The notes under the pieces: model-generated | What the model saw: the letters and a program-made list of their open reading frames with translations, nothing else | What the model was told of the DNA's origin: nothing | Databases searched by the model: none | Source of the DNA: Gemmatimonadales bacterium | GTDB lineage: Bacteria > Gemmatimonadota > Gemmatimonadetes > Gemmatimonadales > GWC2-71-9 | Direction of reading: 5' to 3' | Length of the DNA: 64,000 nucleotides | Assembly (NCBI GenBank): GCA_033764615.1 | Contig: JANRIU010000007.1 | Span: forward strand, 16,314 to 80,313 | Made by a program: the position numbers and the translations under genes | Shown here: positions 48,901 to 56,157 of the stretch, piece by piece | How the letters are laid out: every line of letters begins with the position of its first letter | How positions within the stretch are numbered: the first letter of the stretch is position 1

Positions 48901-49066
48901 GCGAGGCGCCGGGGTAGATGATCCGCACCGCCACGATCGGCTGCGCGATGTCGGGGAACTCGTCGGTCTTGAGCTGGCCCAGCGACGCGAGGCCGAACAC
49001 GACGAGCGCGAGCATCGCCGTGATCGTGACGATCGGCCGCTTGATGGCGAAGTCGGAGATCCACAT
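45917..49066 (-). CDS. RND efflux permease (AcrB/AcrD/AcrF family)
   Basis: 1049 aa, 'GILIDDAIVVRENI', 'GIVAKNAILLIDF', 'RLRPILMTT'. Confidence 0.95.
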   Translation of the reverse strand: MWISDFAIKRPIVTITAMLALVVFGLASLGQLKTDEFPDIAQPIVAVRIIYPGASPETVEREVIDPIEQKIFGIAGVDRNQTIANATDGLAQLTIFFEFEKGVDQAAQDVRDALSELRGDLPQEIEEPIIAKVDPAEQSLLSLSLAAPALSPKELTLIADPTVVRAIRAVPGVAQAQVVGGVYPEMTIEVDPARLQAAGLTVAQVVQAVQAQNLAAPVGRLTGQHDERTIRLKGRLEHAADFGNLVVADRGGRIVRLGEVARVREGAEEQRTLAIYNSKPSVGIEVKKSKGYSATDVSDRVQAELRRLQPTLPAGVSVSVVRDQGQRAERAVQNVKEALVEGALLTVLVVFLFLNSWRSTVITGLALPVSVIASFIAVWAFGFKLETMSLLGLSLAIGILIDDAIVVRENIVRHVEMGKDHYTASREGTAEIGLAVAATTFSIIAVFVPIAFLPGLSGQWFKPFALTIAMSVLVSLFVSFSLDPMLSAYWPDPHVPEERKGWVTRLLDRFNRWFDRQTERYGRLIGWALDHRIAVALLAVASFVGAIALQATVGGAGFVPVSDRSEMEIIVEAPPSANLEYTRAKTEEVAQLVRKHPEVLYTYTVIGTPLPMRTPGVDQASVLVRLVPKTERRVSQDEMGRILREELARIGGAQVFVFSGGFAGAMKDIQLQLRGPDAKALAAYAERLMELAKTVPGAADVSLSTRASREEVVIEPYRGVAGSLGVTVGQVAQSLRPAFAGIDAGDWIDPAGETRDVRVRLAPEARARTADLSQLPLTLPAGGATLPLGQVADVRTGRAPAQIDHLDRDKVITVGANVQGRPLNDVLQGILAKMAAEAPLPPGITLSQGGQARDQQEVFSKVFIALGVAVLMMYLILVVQFGSFLDPVAILVSLPLSLIGVVLGLIVTGQTLNIMSLMGVILLMGIVAKNAILLIDFAKWAQEKGMPLRAAIIEAGKTRLRPILMTTLALIAGMLPVAYGKGEGADFRAPLGIAVIGGVITSTLLTLLVIPTFYEVMVEWREASMHRLRRLLGSPEPAGAGVTPESGAE

Positions 49067-49069
49067 CGG

Positions 49070-50263
49070 CTACCGTCCCCCTGCCCGCTCGAGCGGGCTC
49101 ACGGTGGCGGCGGAGCCGCGCACCTGCACCGGCGTCCCCGGCAGCACGTTCGTCGTCAGGCCGCTCAGCACGGTGTCCCCGCGCGCCACGCCCTGCGTGA
49201 CCTGCACCAGCTCCGCCACCTCGTCCGTCAGGCCGATCGTCACCGGCTGCCGCGCCACCTTCCCCTGCCGCAGCACCAGCACCGACGGCTGCGTCCCGCG
49301 CGTGTCGACCGCGCTCTCGGGCAGCGCCACCCCCTGCGCCCGCTCGGTCGCCACCCGCCCCTGCGCGAAGAGGCCGCTCACCAGCGCGCGGTCGCGGTTC
49401 GGGATCGTCACGTACACGCGCACCTGCCGCGTCTGCGGGTCGGCCGTCGGGTTGATGCGCGACACGGTGCCCGTGAACGGCCGGTCCCACCCCGTCACGA
49501 GGAAGCGCGCCTGCCCGCCCACCCGCACGCGCCGGAGCGCCTCCGCGGGCACCGCCGCATCGAGCTTGAGCACCGTCGGGTCCATCACCGTCACGAGCGT
49601 GCCCGACGCGCCCGGCCCCGCCACCGCCACGTCACCCAGGTTCACGCCGCGCTCGCTCACCACCCCCGCGAACGGCGCCGTCACCTGCGTCCACGCCAGC
49701 GCCTTCTCCGCCTGCACCAGCCGCGCCTTCGCGTCGTCCAGCCCCGCCAGCGCCTGCTGCGCCTGCGTCTGCGCCGTCTCCCACGCCGACTCGGCGACCG
49801 CCCCCGCGTCCTTCAGCGTGCGCAGCCGCGCCGCGTTCCGCTGCGCCTGCTCCGCCTGCAGCTCCGCCGAGCGCACGAGCGAGCGCGCCGCCGAGACGAG
49901 GTCGCGCTGCTGCGCGTCGTCGATCGTGAGCAGCAGCTGGCCCGCCGAGACGGCCTGCCCCTGCTCCACCAGCACCCGCGTGATCGTGCCGCCCACCTGC
50001 GCGCGGATCGCGGCCATCCGCTCCGGCAGCAGCGTCCCCGCGAGCGACGGCCCCGCCTCGAGGGTCGCCGTGTCGGCAATGATGATGTTCTCCGCGCCGA
50101 CCTGCACGGCGGGGGCGCTGCCGCCCGAGGCGGCCTGCGCCTCCCGCTTGCCGCAGCCGGTCGCGAGCAGCGCGAGCGCCGCGAGCGCGAGCGCGGCCAC
50201 CACGCCGAGCGGGCGGGCGAGGGCGGGGTCGTGGAGCCTGGGGGGACGGATCGTCGAACGCAT
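49070..50263 (-). CDS. RND periplasmic adaptor (membrane fusion protein)
   Basis: Lipobox LATGC, 'IRAQVGG', 'VTAPFAGVV', 'INPTADPQTR', 'GLFAQG'. Confidence 0.92.
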   Translation of the reverse strand: MRSTIRPPRLHDPALARPLGVVAALALAALALLATGCGKREAQAASGGSAPAVQVGAENIIIADTATLEAGPSLAGTLLPERMAAIRAQVGGTITRVLVEQGQAVSAGQLLLTIDDAQQRDLVSAARSLVRSAELQAEQAQRNAARLRTLKDAGAVAESAWETAQTQAQQALAGLDDAKARLVQAEKALAWTQVTAPFAGVVSERGVNLGDVAVAGPGASGTLVTVMDPTVLKLDAAVPAEALRRVRVGGQARFLVTGWDRPFTGTVSRINPTADPQTRQVRVYVTIPNRDRALVSGLFAQGRVATERAQGVALPESAVDTRGTQPSVLVLRQGKVARQPVTIGLTDEVAELVQVTQGVARGDTVLSGLTTNVLPGTPVQVRGSAATVSPLERAGGR

Positions 50264-51640
50264 CTATCGGCCACTTCCGGAAGCCGCCGCGACGGTCGCG
50301 AGCGGAAGGTCCCTGAGCAACGCGGCGCGCACGCGCGCCACACGGAGGTCGCGCGCCGCCTGCGCGCGGTTGGCATCGGCCTGCTGCAGCTGCAGCCGTG
50401 CCTCGGTGAGTTCGGTCTGGCTGCTGAGCCCCTCGCGGAAGCGCAGCTCGGCGATCGCGTACGCGCGCCGCGCCTGCTCCACGGTGCCGCTCGTCGCGGC
50501 CCACTGCGCCTCGCTCGCGTCGAGCGCGAGCAGGGCGTCGGTCGCGTCCTGCTGCGCCGCCTCCTGCGCCTGCCGCAGGCGGAGCGCGGCCTCGCGCCGG
50601 CTCGCCTCCGCCGCGCGCACGCCGCCGCCCAGGCGGCCGCCCGTGTACAGCGGCACGTCCACGCGCACGGCGAGGAACCAGTCCGTCAGGAAGCGGTCCC
50701 AGCTCGGGAAGACCGTGCTGCCGAAGCCGACGCGGCTGAACGAGCTCTGCACGCCGATCGACGGCAGCCGCTCCCCCTTCGCCGAGGCGAGCAGCGCGTC
50801 GCTCTGCCGCAGCGCCTGCTCGGCCTGCCGCACCGGGGCGCGGTCGGCCGTGGCCGAGTCGGCCGCCGGCCGCGCGACGGCGGCGAGCGAGTCCTCGATG
50901 AGCGGCGAGCTGAGCGCCGGCGCGGCGTCGGCCGGCAGGTTGAGCAGCTGGCGGAGCCGCAGGTACGCGAGCTCGCGCTGGCGCCGGTTGGCGATCGCCG
51001 CGGGCTTCGCGTTGTCGCGCGCGACGCGGGCGCGCAGCAGGTCGAACTCCGCCTGCGTGCCGACCTTCCGCCCCAGCTCCACGTCGGCCAGCGTCCGCTC
51101 GGCCTGGCGCAGCGTCGAGTCCGCGATGGCGACCAGGCGGTCGGCGAGGAGCGCGTCGTAGTAGGCGCGCGTCACGTCGAGCACCGTCTGCGCCTCCTGC
51201 GCCGAGAGCTCCACCTTCGCCCGCTCGGCGCCGAGCGCGGCGGCGCGTGTCTGGCCCGGCAGGCGGAAGTTCCAGATCGTCTGCTGCGCGGTGAGGTTCA
51301 GGTTCCACGCGTTGCGCTGGCCGAGCGGGAAGTTCCCGCCGCCCGGCGTCTGCAGCAGCGCGTCGAACTGCGACCTGAACGTGCGCGTGTACGTCGCCGA
51401 GCCGCTCAGCTGCGGAAGCCACGGCGCGCGCGCCTGCTCCCGCTGCGCCTCCGCGCGGAGCAGCTGCGCGCGCGCAATGCCGATCGCCTCGGAGGCCGGC
51501 GCGGCGAGGCGGAGCGCCTCGTCCAGGGTCATCGCAGCCGGCGACAGCGTCGCCGGCTGCTGGGCGGACAGGCGGACGGGCGGACGGGCGGACAGCAGCA
51601 GCAGCGCCGCTGCGAGCTTCGCGAGCGCTGCGCTACGCAT
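50264..51640 (-). CDS. TolC-family outer-membrane efflux protein
   Basis: 'TLDEALRLA', 'WLPQLS', 'VTRAYY', 'VPLYTGG', 'RFREGLSSQ'. Start ATG 51640. Confidence 0.9.
   Translation of the reverse strand: MRSAALAKLAAALLLLSARPPVRLSAQQPATLSPAAMTLDEALRLAAPASEAIGIARAQLLRAEAQREQARAPWLPQLSGSATYTRTFRSQFDALLQTPGGGNFPLGQRNAWNLNLTAQQTIWNFRLPGQTRAAALGAERAKVELSAQEAQTVLDVTRAYYDALLADRLVAIADSTLRQAERTLADVELGRKVGTQAEFDLLRARVARDNAKPAAIANRRQRELAYLRLRQLLNLPADAAPALSSPLIEDSLAAVARPAADSATADRAPVRQAEQALRQSDALLASAKGERLPSIGVQSSFSRVGFGSTVFPSWDRFLTDWFLAVRVDVPLYTGGRLGGGVRAAEASRREAALRLRQAQEAAQQDATDALLALDASEAQWAATSGTVEQARRAYAIAELRFREGLSSQTELTEARLQLQQADANRAQAARDLRVARVRAALLRDLPLATVAAASGSGR
51563..51594 (+). repeat. Octamer x4 element (GGCGGACA GGCGGACG GGCGGACG GGCGGACA)
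   Basis: Read directly; lies inside the tolC signal-peptide coding region. Confidence 0.8.
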
Positions 51641-52289
51641 TCGCCGACACCCCCACGTCCGCCCGTCCGCCCGTCCGCTCGTCCGCCGGCGCGTAAGCGC
51701 CGTGGCCGTCCGCCGGCGCGCCAGCGCCACCGCGCGCGCCGATGCCCCGCAACCAGATCGCCACCATCGGCGCCACCGCTTCGTCGCGCGGCGGGATCTC
51801 GGCGAGCATGTCGCCGAACGTGGCGGCGGCGTGCAGCGCGCCGAGCAGCATGCCGGCCGCTGCGCGGACGACGACCGACGCGTCCATCTGCCCCTGATCG
51901 CGAAGGGCGAACAGGTACCCCTCGAGGATGCGCACGTCGGTGCACTCCTGCGCGGGGCGCAGGATGTCGGGATGCTCCTCGAACTCGCCCATCAGCTTGC
52001 GATGCAGCGCGCGACGGGAGTGCACGTGGTCGTACCACGCGAACGACCACTCGAGCAGCTCGGCGTGCGGATCCCCCGGCACCTCGGGGAGGCGCGGCAA
52101 CTCGGCCTCCCAGGCGTGCTGCATCGCGGCCTGGATGAGGGCGTCCTTGGAGCCGTAGTGGCGGAAGATCGTGACTTCGTTGATCCCTGCGTCCTGGGCG
52201 ATGCGGCGCGTGGTGGTGCCGCGGTAGCCAGCCTCGGCAAAGATCTGGGCGGTCACGTTGAGGAGTTTGATCTTGAGATCGCTGGTCAT
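51633..52289 (-). CDS. TetR/AcrR-family regulator of the RND operon
   Basis: HTH 'GYRGTTTRRIAQDAGINEVTIFRHYGSK'. Start ATG 52289. Confidence 0.92.
   Translation of the reverse strand: MTSDLKIKLLNVTAQIFAEAGYRGTTTRRIAQDAGINEVTIFRHYGSKDALIQAAMQHAWEAELPRLPEVPGDPHAELLEWSFAWYDHVHSRRALHRKLMGEFEEHPDILRPAQECTDVRILEGYLFALRDQGQMDASVVVRAAAGMLLGALHAAATFGDMLAEIPPRDEAVAPMVAIWLRGIGARGGAGAPADGHGAYAPADERTGGRADVGVSANA
51656..51687 (-). repeat. Octamer x4 element (+ strand CGTCCGCC CGTCCGCC CGTCCGCT CGTCCGCC)
   Basis: Read directly; at the 3' end of tetR, inverted relative to 51563-51594. Confidence 0.8.
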
Positions 52290-52291
52290 GA

Positions 52292-52340
52292 AAGCAAGTA
52301 TACGCTTGCAATTCTGAATAAGCAAGTAGGTGCTTGCAAT
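52292..52340. promoter_or_regulatory. Two tandem palindromic operators (GCAAG-N6-CTTGC), probably TetR-bound
   Basis: GCAAGTATACGCTTGC at 52294-52309 and GCAAGTAGGTGCTTGC at 52322-52337, in an AT-rich patch immediately upstream of tetR. A half-site follows at 52353. Confidence 0.75.
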
Positions 52341-52568
52341 GCACCCGATGGTGCAAGTACGCTGGATGGCCGAGGAAGGTTTCGTGACGCCGATGGACGG
52401 CGCTGTCACGGGGGGGTGGTAGTCTGCGGCGAGAGAGGCAGCCACGCGCCACGCGATGCGCGGTCACCCATCACCGGATCGGAGCGACGAAGTGCGGCAG
52501 ATCAGGAGTCGACGGGCGCCAGCAGCGACGGTCAGTCCGCCGCGGCGTTCCGCCCGCGAGGCGCCACG

Positions 52569-52796
52569 ATGACGGGCCGGCCGGAGTCCGCGCCTCCGAT
52601 CGACGATCGCTTCGGACACCTACCCGACGGCGAGCCGCGATCCGGCGAGACCGCATCATCCACACCTGAGCCAACGTGGGCCTCGCGCCTCGGATGGCTC
52701 GTGCTCACCCCGTTCCTCTGGGCGCTCGCGATCGTGGGGGTGGTCGCGCTGGCCGTGGCGGTCGCGCTCGAGCGGTCACCGCCGCGGCGTCACTGA
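52569..52796 (+). CDS. Possible small membrane protein
   Basis: ATG 52569 with a C-terminal hydrophobic stretch (LGWLVLTPFLWALAIVGVVALAVAVAL). No family recognised. Confidence 0.4.
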   Translation: MTGRPESAPPIDDRFGHLPDGEPRSGETASSTPEPTWASRLGWLVLTPFLWALAIVGVVALAVAVALERSPPRRH

Positions 52797-53020
52797 GGAG
52801 GGGGGGGCGTTGGCGGAACGACGGGCCTGATGCCGTTCCGGGCATCGTCGTCGTTTCCCGGACCCGCCATGGGCCCTCGAAGCGCCGAGCGGGGCGGCGC
52901 ACGCACCCGAGGCCGGTTCGAGCTGGTTCGTGATCTGGTACCTGTCGCCCGCGGAGCTGGTCGCGTCGGCAGGCGCGCGCGCGTGGGGTGCGCGGACTCC
53001 CCCTCGCCCGACGCCCGCGC

Positions 53021-53359
53021 TCAGTGGGAGGCCGGCGACGGCCTCCCCGACACTCCCCTGCTCCGGTCGACCGGATACCGCTCGGCGTTGATCGCGAGCT
53101 TCTCGCGCACCGCGGCGTCGATATCGATGCCGAGGTCGTGGGCGAGGTAGGCGAGGAGGATGGTGACGTCGGCGATCTCGTGGCGCAGGTTGTCCGTGAC
53201 CGGCACCGGGTCGGCGTCGCGGCTCCAGCGGAACTCCTCCAGCAGCTCCGCCGCCTCCACGGTGATCGCGATCGCGAGATTCTTCGGCGTGTGGAACGGT
53301 TCCCACGCGCGCTCGGCGCGGAACGCGAGCAGCGCCTGCATCAGCTGGTCCGGGAGCAT
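53021..53359 (-). CDS. MazG-like nucleotide pyrophosphohydrolase (DCTPP1-like)
   Basis: 'WEPFHTPKNLAIAITVEAAELLEEFRW', 'EIADV', 'KLAINAERYP'. Start overlaps the HNH stop codon. Confidence 0.88.
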   Translation of the reverse strand: MLPDQLMQALLAFRAERAWEPFHTPKNLAIAITVEAAELLEEFRWSRDADPVPVTDNLRHEIADVTILLAYLAHDLGIDIDAAVREKLAINAERYPVDRSRGVSGRPSPASH

Positions 53360-54303
53360 CACGCCACCCGCTTCTCGAAGACGTTCTCGTTGTGCCACTG
53401 GAGGAGCTCGGGACGGGGCTGGTCCTGCGGCGCGCGCGGCAGGCTGCGCAGCGTCGTGCCGTGCAGTCGCGCGTACGCCTTCCCGTTGAACCACTGCTCC
53501 GCGATCCGGCCGCTCACCTCGATGCGGTGGTCGGGGGTCACGGTCACGAGCCCCACATCGAAGAGCTTGTGGAAGTCGGAGCGGAGCAGGAGCCCGTTCC
53601 ACGTGTTGTGCGAGCCGCCCTCGGCGACGCCGCGAATGTGCGCGGCCTCGAGCACCGGCAGCGTGTGTTCCCCCGTGATCGCGCACCGGCGCGCATACGC
53701 GTTCGTCACCAGCGCGCGGAACGCCCCCTGGCCCAGGCGCGGGCGACGCGGCACCGGCGCCCCGAACCCGACCTCGATGCGAGGCTCGCGCAGCATCTCG
53801 GCGCCGATCGGGAGCGCACCACGCCGCTCCTCCACGGCGCGCCAGAGCGCGGCGCCGTCGGCCGCCGCGGTGTCGTAGGTCCGGCCCGTGACGATGTTGC
53901 GCTGGAAGCCGTCGCCGAGCGGAATCCAGTCGCGCTCCTCGAGGAAGAACGGCTCGGCGAGGATGCTGCAGCCGATCTCGGGCGTGCGGCCATCGTCGCG
54001 CGCACGGAGCGGCCCGATCATGGCCGCCAGCTCGGCGTAGCCAGCGGCGCCATTGCCCTCGCCGAAGGCGTCCCAGGCCAGCGGCAACGGCAGCGACTCG
54101 TACTTCACCAGGTAGCCGCCGCCAGCGACGTGATGGTACGGCCTCTTCAGCTTGAACAGGAACGGCGTCCCCTCCGGCAGCCGCGTGAACGGCGCCCGGC
54201 CGCTCGGGTGCCAGAAGTTCACGTCGTCGAGCGGGCGCCGCTCATGGCGGTCGCGCAGGAAGCGGTACCAGGCGTTGTCGGTGACGCCGACCCAGAAGCG
54301 CAT
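53359..54303 (-). CDS. HNH endonuclease with an uncharacterised N-terminal domain
   Basis: C-terminal HNH_2-like 'CAITGE...LEAAHIR...NGLLLRSDFHKLFDVG'; N-terminal 'VGVTDNAWY...VNFW...FLFK'. Confidence 0.88.
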   Translation of the reverse strand: MRFWVGVTDNAWYRFLRDRHERRPLDDVNFWHPSGRAPFTRLPEGTPFLFKLKRPYHHVAGGGYLVKYESLPLPLAWDAFGEGNGAAGYAELAAMIGPLRARDDGRTPEIGCSILAEPFFLEERDWIPLGDGFQRNIVTGRTYDTAAADGAALWRAVEERRGALPIGAEMLREPRIEVGFGAPVPRRPRLGQGAFRALVTNAYARRCAITGEHTLPVLEAAHIRGVAEGGSHNTWNGLLLRSDFHKLFDVGLVTVTPDHRIEVSGRIAEQWFNGKAYARLHGTTLRSLPRAPQDQPRPELLQWHNENVFEKRVA

Positions 54304-54366
54304 GATGAGATCAGCCGAGGAACCCGCGCTGGCGAGGACACGACCGATCGGGGCGGCCCGTGTCGC

Positions 54367-55794
54367 TCACGGCACCTCCCGCACGCCCACCATCCGGTCC
54401 CCCTGCATCACGCCGTCCACCACGTCCATCCCCTCCACCACCTCGGCCCACACGGTGTAGGCGCCGCGCAGGCGCGCGTTGTCCCGCAGGTTCACGAACC
54501 ACTGCATGTCCCCCGTGTCGTGCCCGCGCGTGCTCATCCCCACCGTGCCGCGCGGGTGCGCGAGCGTCCCCAGCTCGTCGCGCAGGAACTGCGGGTACCC
54601 CACGTACTCGTTCGCCCCGGGGCTCCCGCCCTGGATCACGAAATCATGCTCCACGCGGTGCCACGTGAGCCCGTCGTAGTAGCCGCGCCGCGCCAGCACG
54701 AGGATCCGCGCCGCCATCACCGGCGCCACGTCCCCCCGGAGCCGCACCGTGAAGCGCCCGCCGCCGCTCGCCGAGTCCATGCTCACCCGGAGCCGCACCT
54801 CGCGGCCGAGGGCGAGCGCCGCGGCCTCGTCCGGCACCTCGTCGACGCGCGGCGGCGGCCGGTCGTCCGCGGCGGTGCCGCCCGCGGCCTCGAGCAGCGC
54901 CGCGCGCACGTCGCGCTCGCTCTGGTTCCCCCGCGCCACCCACCGCGCGAACGCGGCCCGCGCGCGCGGCGCCACGTCCGTCCGCGGCGACCCCTTGAGC
55001 GCGAGCGCCGCCGCGCGCACCGGCTGCACAGCCGGCGCGTCGAGCAGGGGGAGGTACACGCTGTCCATCGCGTGGCCCGCGAGCCGCGAGAGCGCGAGCA
55101 CCGCCGCCTCCTGCACGTTGCCATCGCCGTCGCGCGCGAGGCGCACCAGCGTTGCCGTATCGGCGAGCGTCGCCGCCGCGCGCGCCGCGGCCACCCGGAG
55201 CCACGGCTCCGCGTGCGTCACGAACGCCGGCAGCACCGGCCGCACACGCGCCGGATCGAGCCGCGCGAGCGCGACCACCGCCTGCGCCGCCGCGTGCCAG
55301 CTCACGCCGCCCGCGCGCCGCGGCACGACGCGATCGGGCCGCGCCACGAGCCACGCGCCGAGCACCTCCGCGATCCGCCGGTCGCCCGCGCAACGCGGCG
55401 GCACCAGCTCCGCCGCGCGGAGCCGCACCGGCCACGAGGGATCGTCGAGCCCGCCCGCGAGCGCCGCGCAGTCGCTCTCCTTCACGAGCGCGCGGAAGCG
55501 GCGCCGCCAGTCGGGCTCGGGCCACGCCACCGACGGCGCCGCAGCCGGCGACAGCGAGTCGCGCCGGGCGAACGTGGAATCGGTGATGCGGGCGCGGGCC
55601 CGCGCGGCTAGCGCGCGGAGCCGCGCATCCGCGTTCGCCGCCGCCGCCGCGAGCGCGGCATCCCCCGCGTCGCGCCGGTCCTCGGCGCGGAGCACGCGCA
55701 GCACGAGCGCGGTGTCGGCGGCGGTGAGCGCCTGGGCGTGGAGCGGGACCGCGATCGCGAGGGGGACGAGGCACGATAGGAGGGCTCGGCGCAT
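54367..55794 (-). CDS. Secreted HEAT-repeat protein with a C-terminal cyclophilin-type peptidyl-prolyl isomerase domain
   Basis: 'YYDGLTWHRVEHDFVIQGG', 'GTVGMS', 'QWFVNL', 'YTVWAEVVEGMDVVD'. Start ATG 55794. Confidence 0.85.
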   Translation of the reverse strand: MRRALLSCLVPLAIAVPLHAQALTAADTALVLRVLRAEDRRDAGDAALAAAAANADARLRALAARARARITDSTFARRDSLSPAAAPSVAWPEPDWRRRFRALVKESDCAALAGGLDDPSWPVRLRAAELVPPRCAGDRRIAEVLGAWLVARPDRVVPRRAGGVSWHAAAQAVVALARLDPARVRPVLPAFVTHAEPWLRVAAARAAATLADTATLVRLARDGDGNVQEAAVLALSRLAGHAMDSVYLPLLDAPAVQPVRAAALALKGSPRTDVAPRARAAFARWVARGNQSERDVRAALLEAAGGTAADDRPPPRVDEVPDEAAALALGREVRLRVSMDSASGGGRFTVRLRGDVAPVMAARILVLARRGYYDGLTWHRVEHDFVIQGGSPGANEYVGYPQFLRDELGTLAHPRGTVGMSTRGHDTGDMQWFVNLRDNARLRGAYTVWAEVVEGMDVVDGVMQGDRMVGVREVP

Positions 55795-55863
55795 GCGCCG
55801 CAAGCAGCCCGCGGGCGGGCGGCCGCGCAAGGGGGGCGACCGGCCGGCCGCTACCTTCCGTGC

Positions 55864-56112
55864 ATGGCCGAGACGCCCACACCCGAGCAGCAGCGCGCGC
55901 TCGTCGCCCGCTGGCGCGAGGCGGGCCCGGCGCTGCAGCGCCTCCGCGACGCCGAGCTGGCCGCGATGAGTGACGCCGACACGCCTGCGGCGATCGACGC
56001 GTTCGCCGGCCTCGACCGCCTCGCGCTGGCGAGTCATCCGCCGGCGCCATGGTCGGGGCTCGTGGAGCAGCAGCGGCTCTTCCAGCGCTGGCGCGAGCGG
56101 CACGGGTCCTGA
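55864..56112 (+). CDS. Hypothetical 82-aa helical protein
   Basis: Clean ORF between flanking genes, with 'WREAGPALQRLR' and 'SGLVEQQRLF' motifs. Confidence 0.65.
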   Translation: MAETPTPEQQRALVARWREAGPALQRLRDAELAAMSDADTPAAIDAFAGLDRLALASHPPAPWSGLVEQQRLFQRWRERHGS

Positions 56113-56124
56113 CCCGCGCCACCC

Positions 56125-56156
56125 CGTCCGCCATGCCGCCAGCCCGCCCGTCCGCC
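56125..56156 (-). repeat. Octamer x4 element, degenerate (+ strand CGTCCGCC ATGCCGCC AGCCCGCC CGTCCGCC)
   Basis: 8-bp period, between convergent genes. Confidence 0.6.
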
Positions 56157-56157
56157 C

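Noticed and set aside
52776-53020. Poly-G run and short ORFs between the small membrane ORF and the MazG-like gene, a possible insertion scar or phase-variation tract
   Set aside because: I found no terminal inverted repeats, target-site duplication or transposase fragment, and the G run is not in a convincing ORF or promoter.
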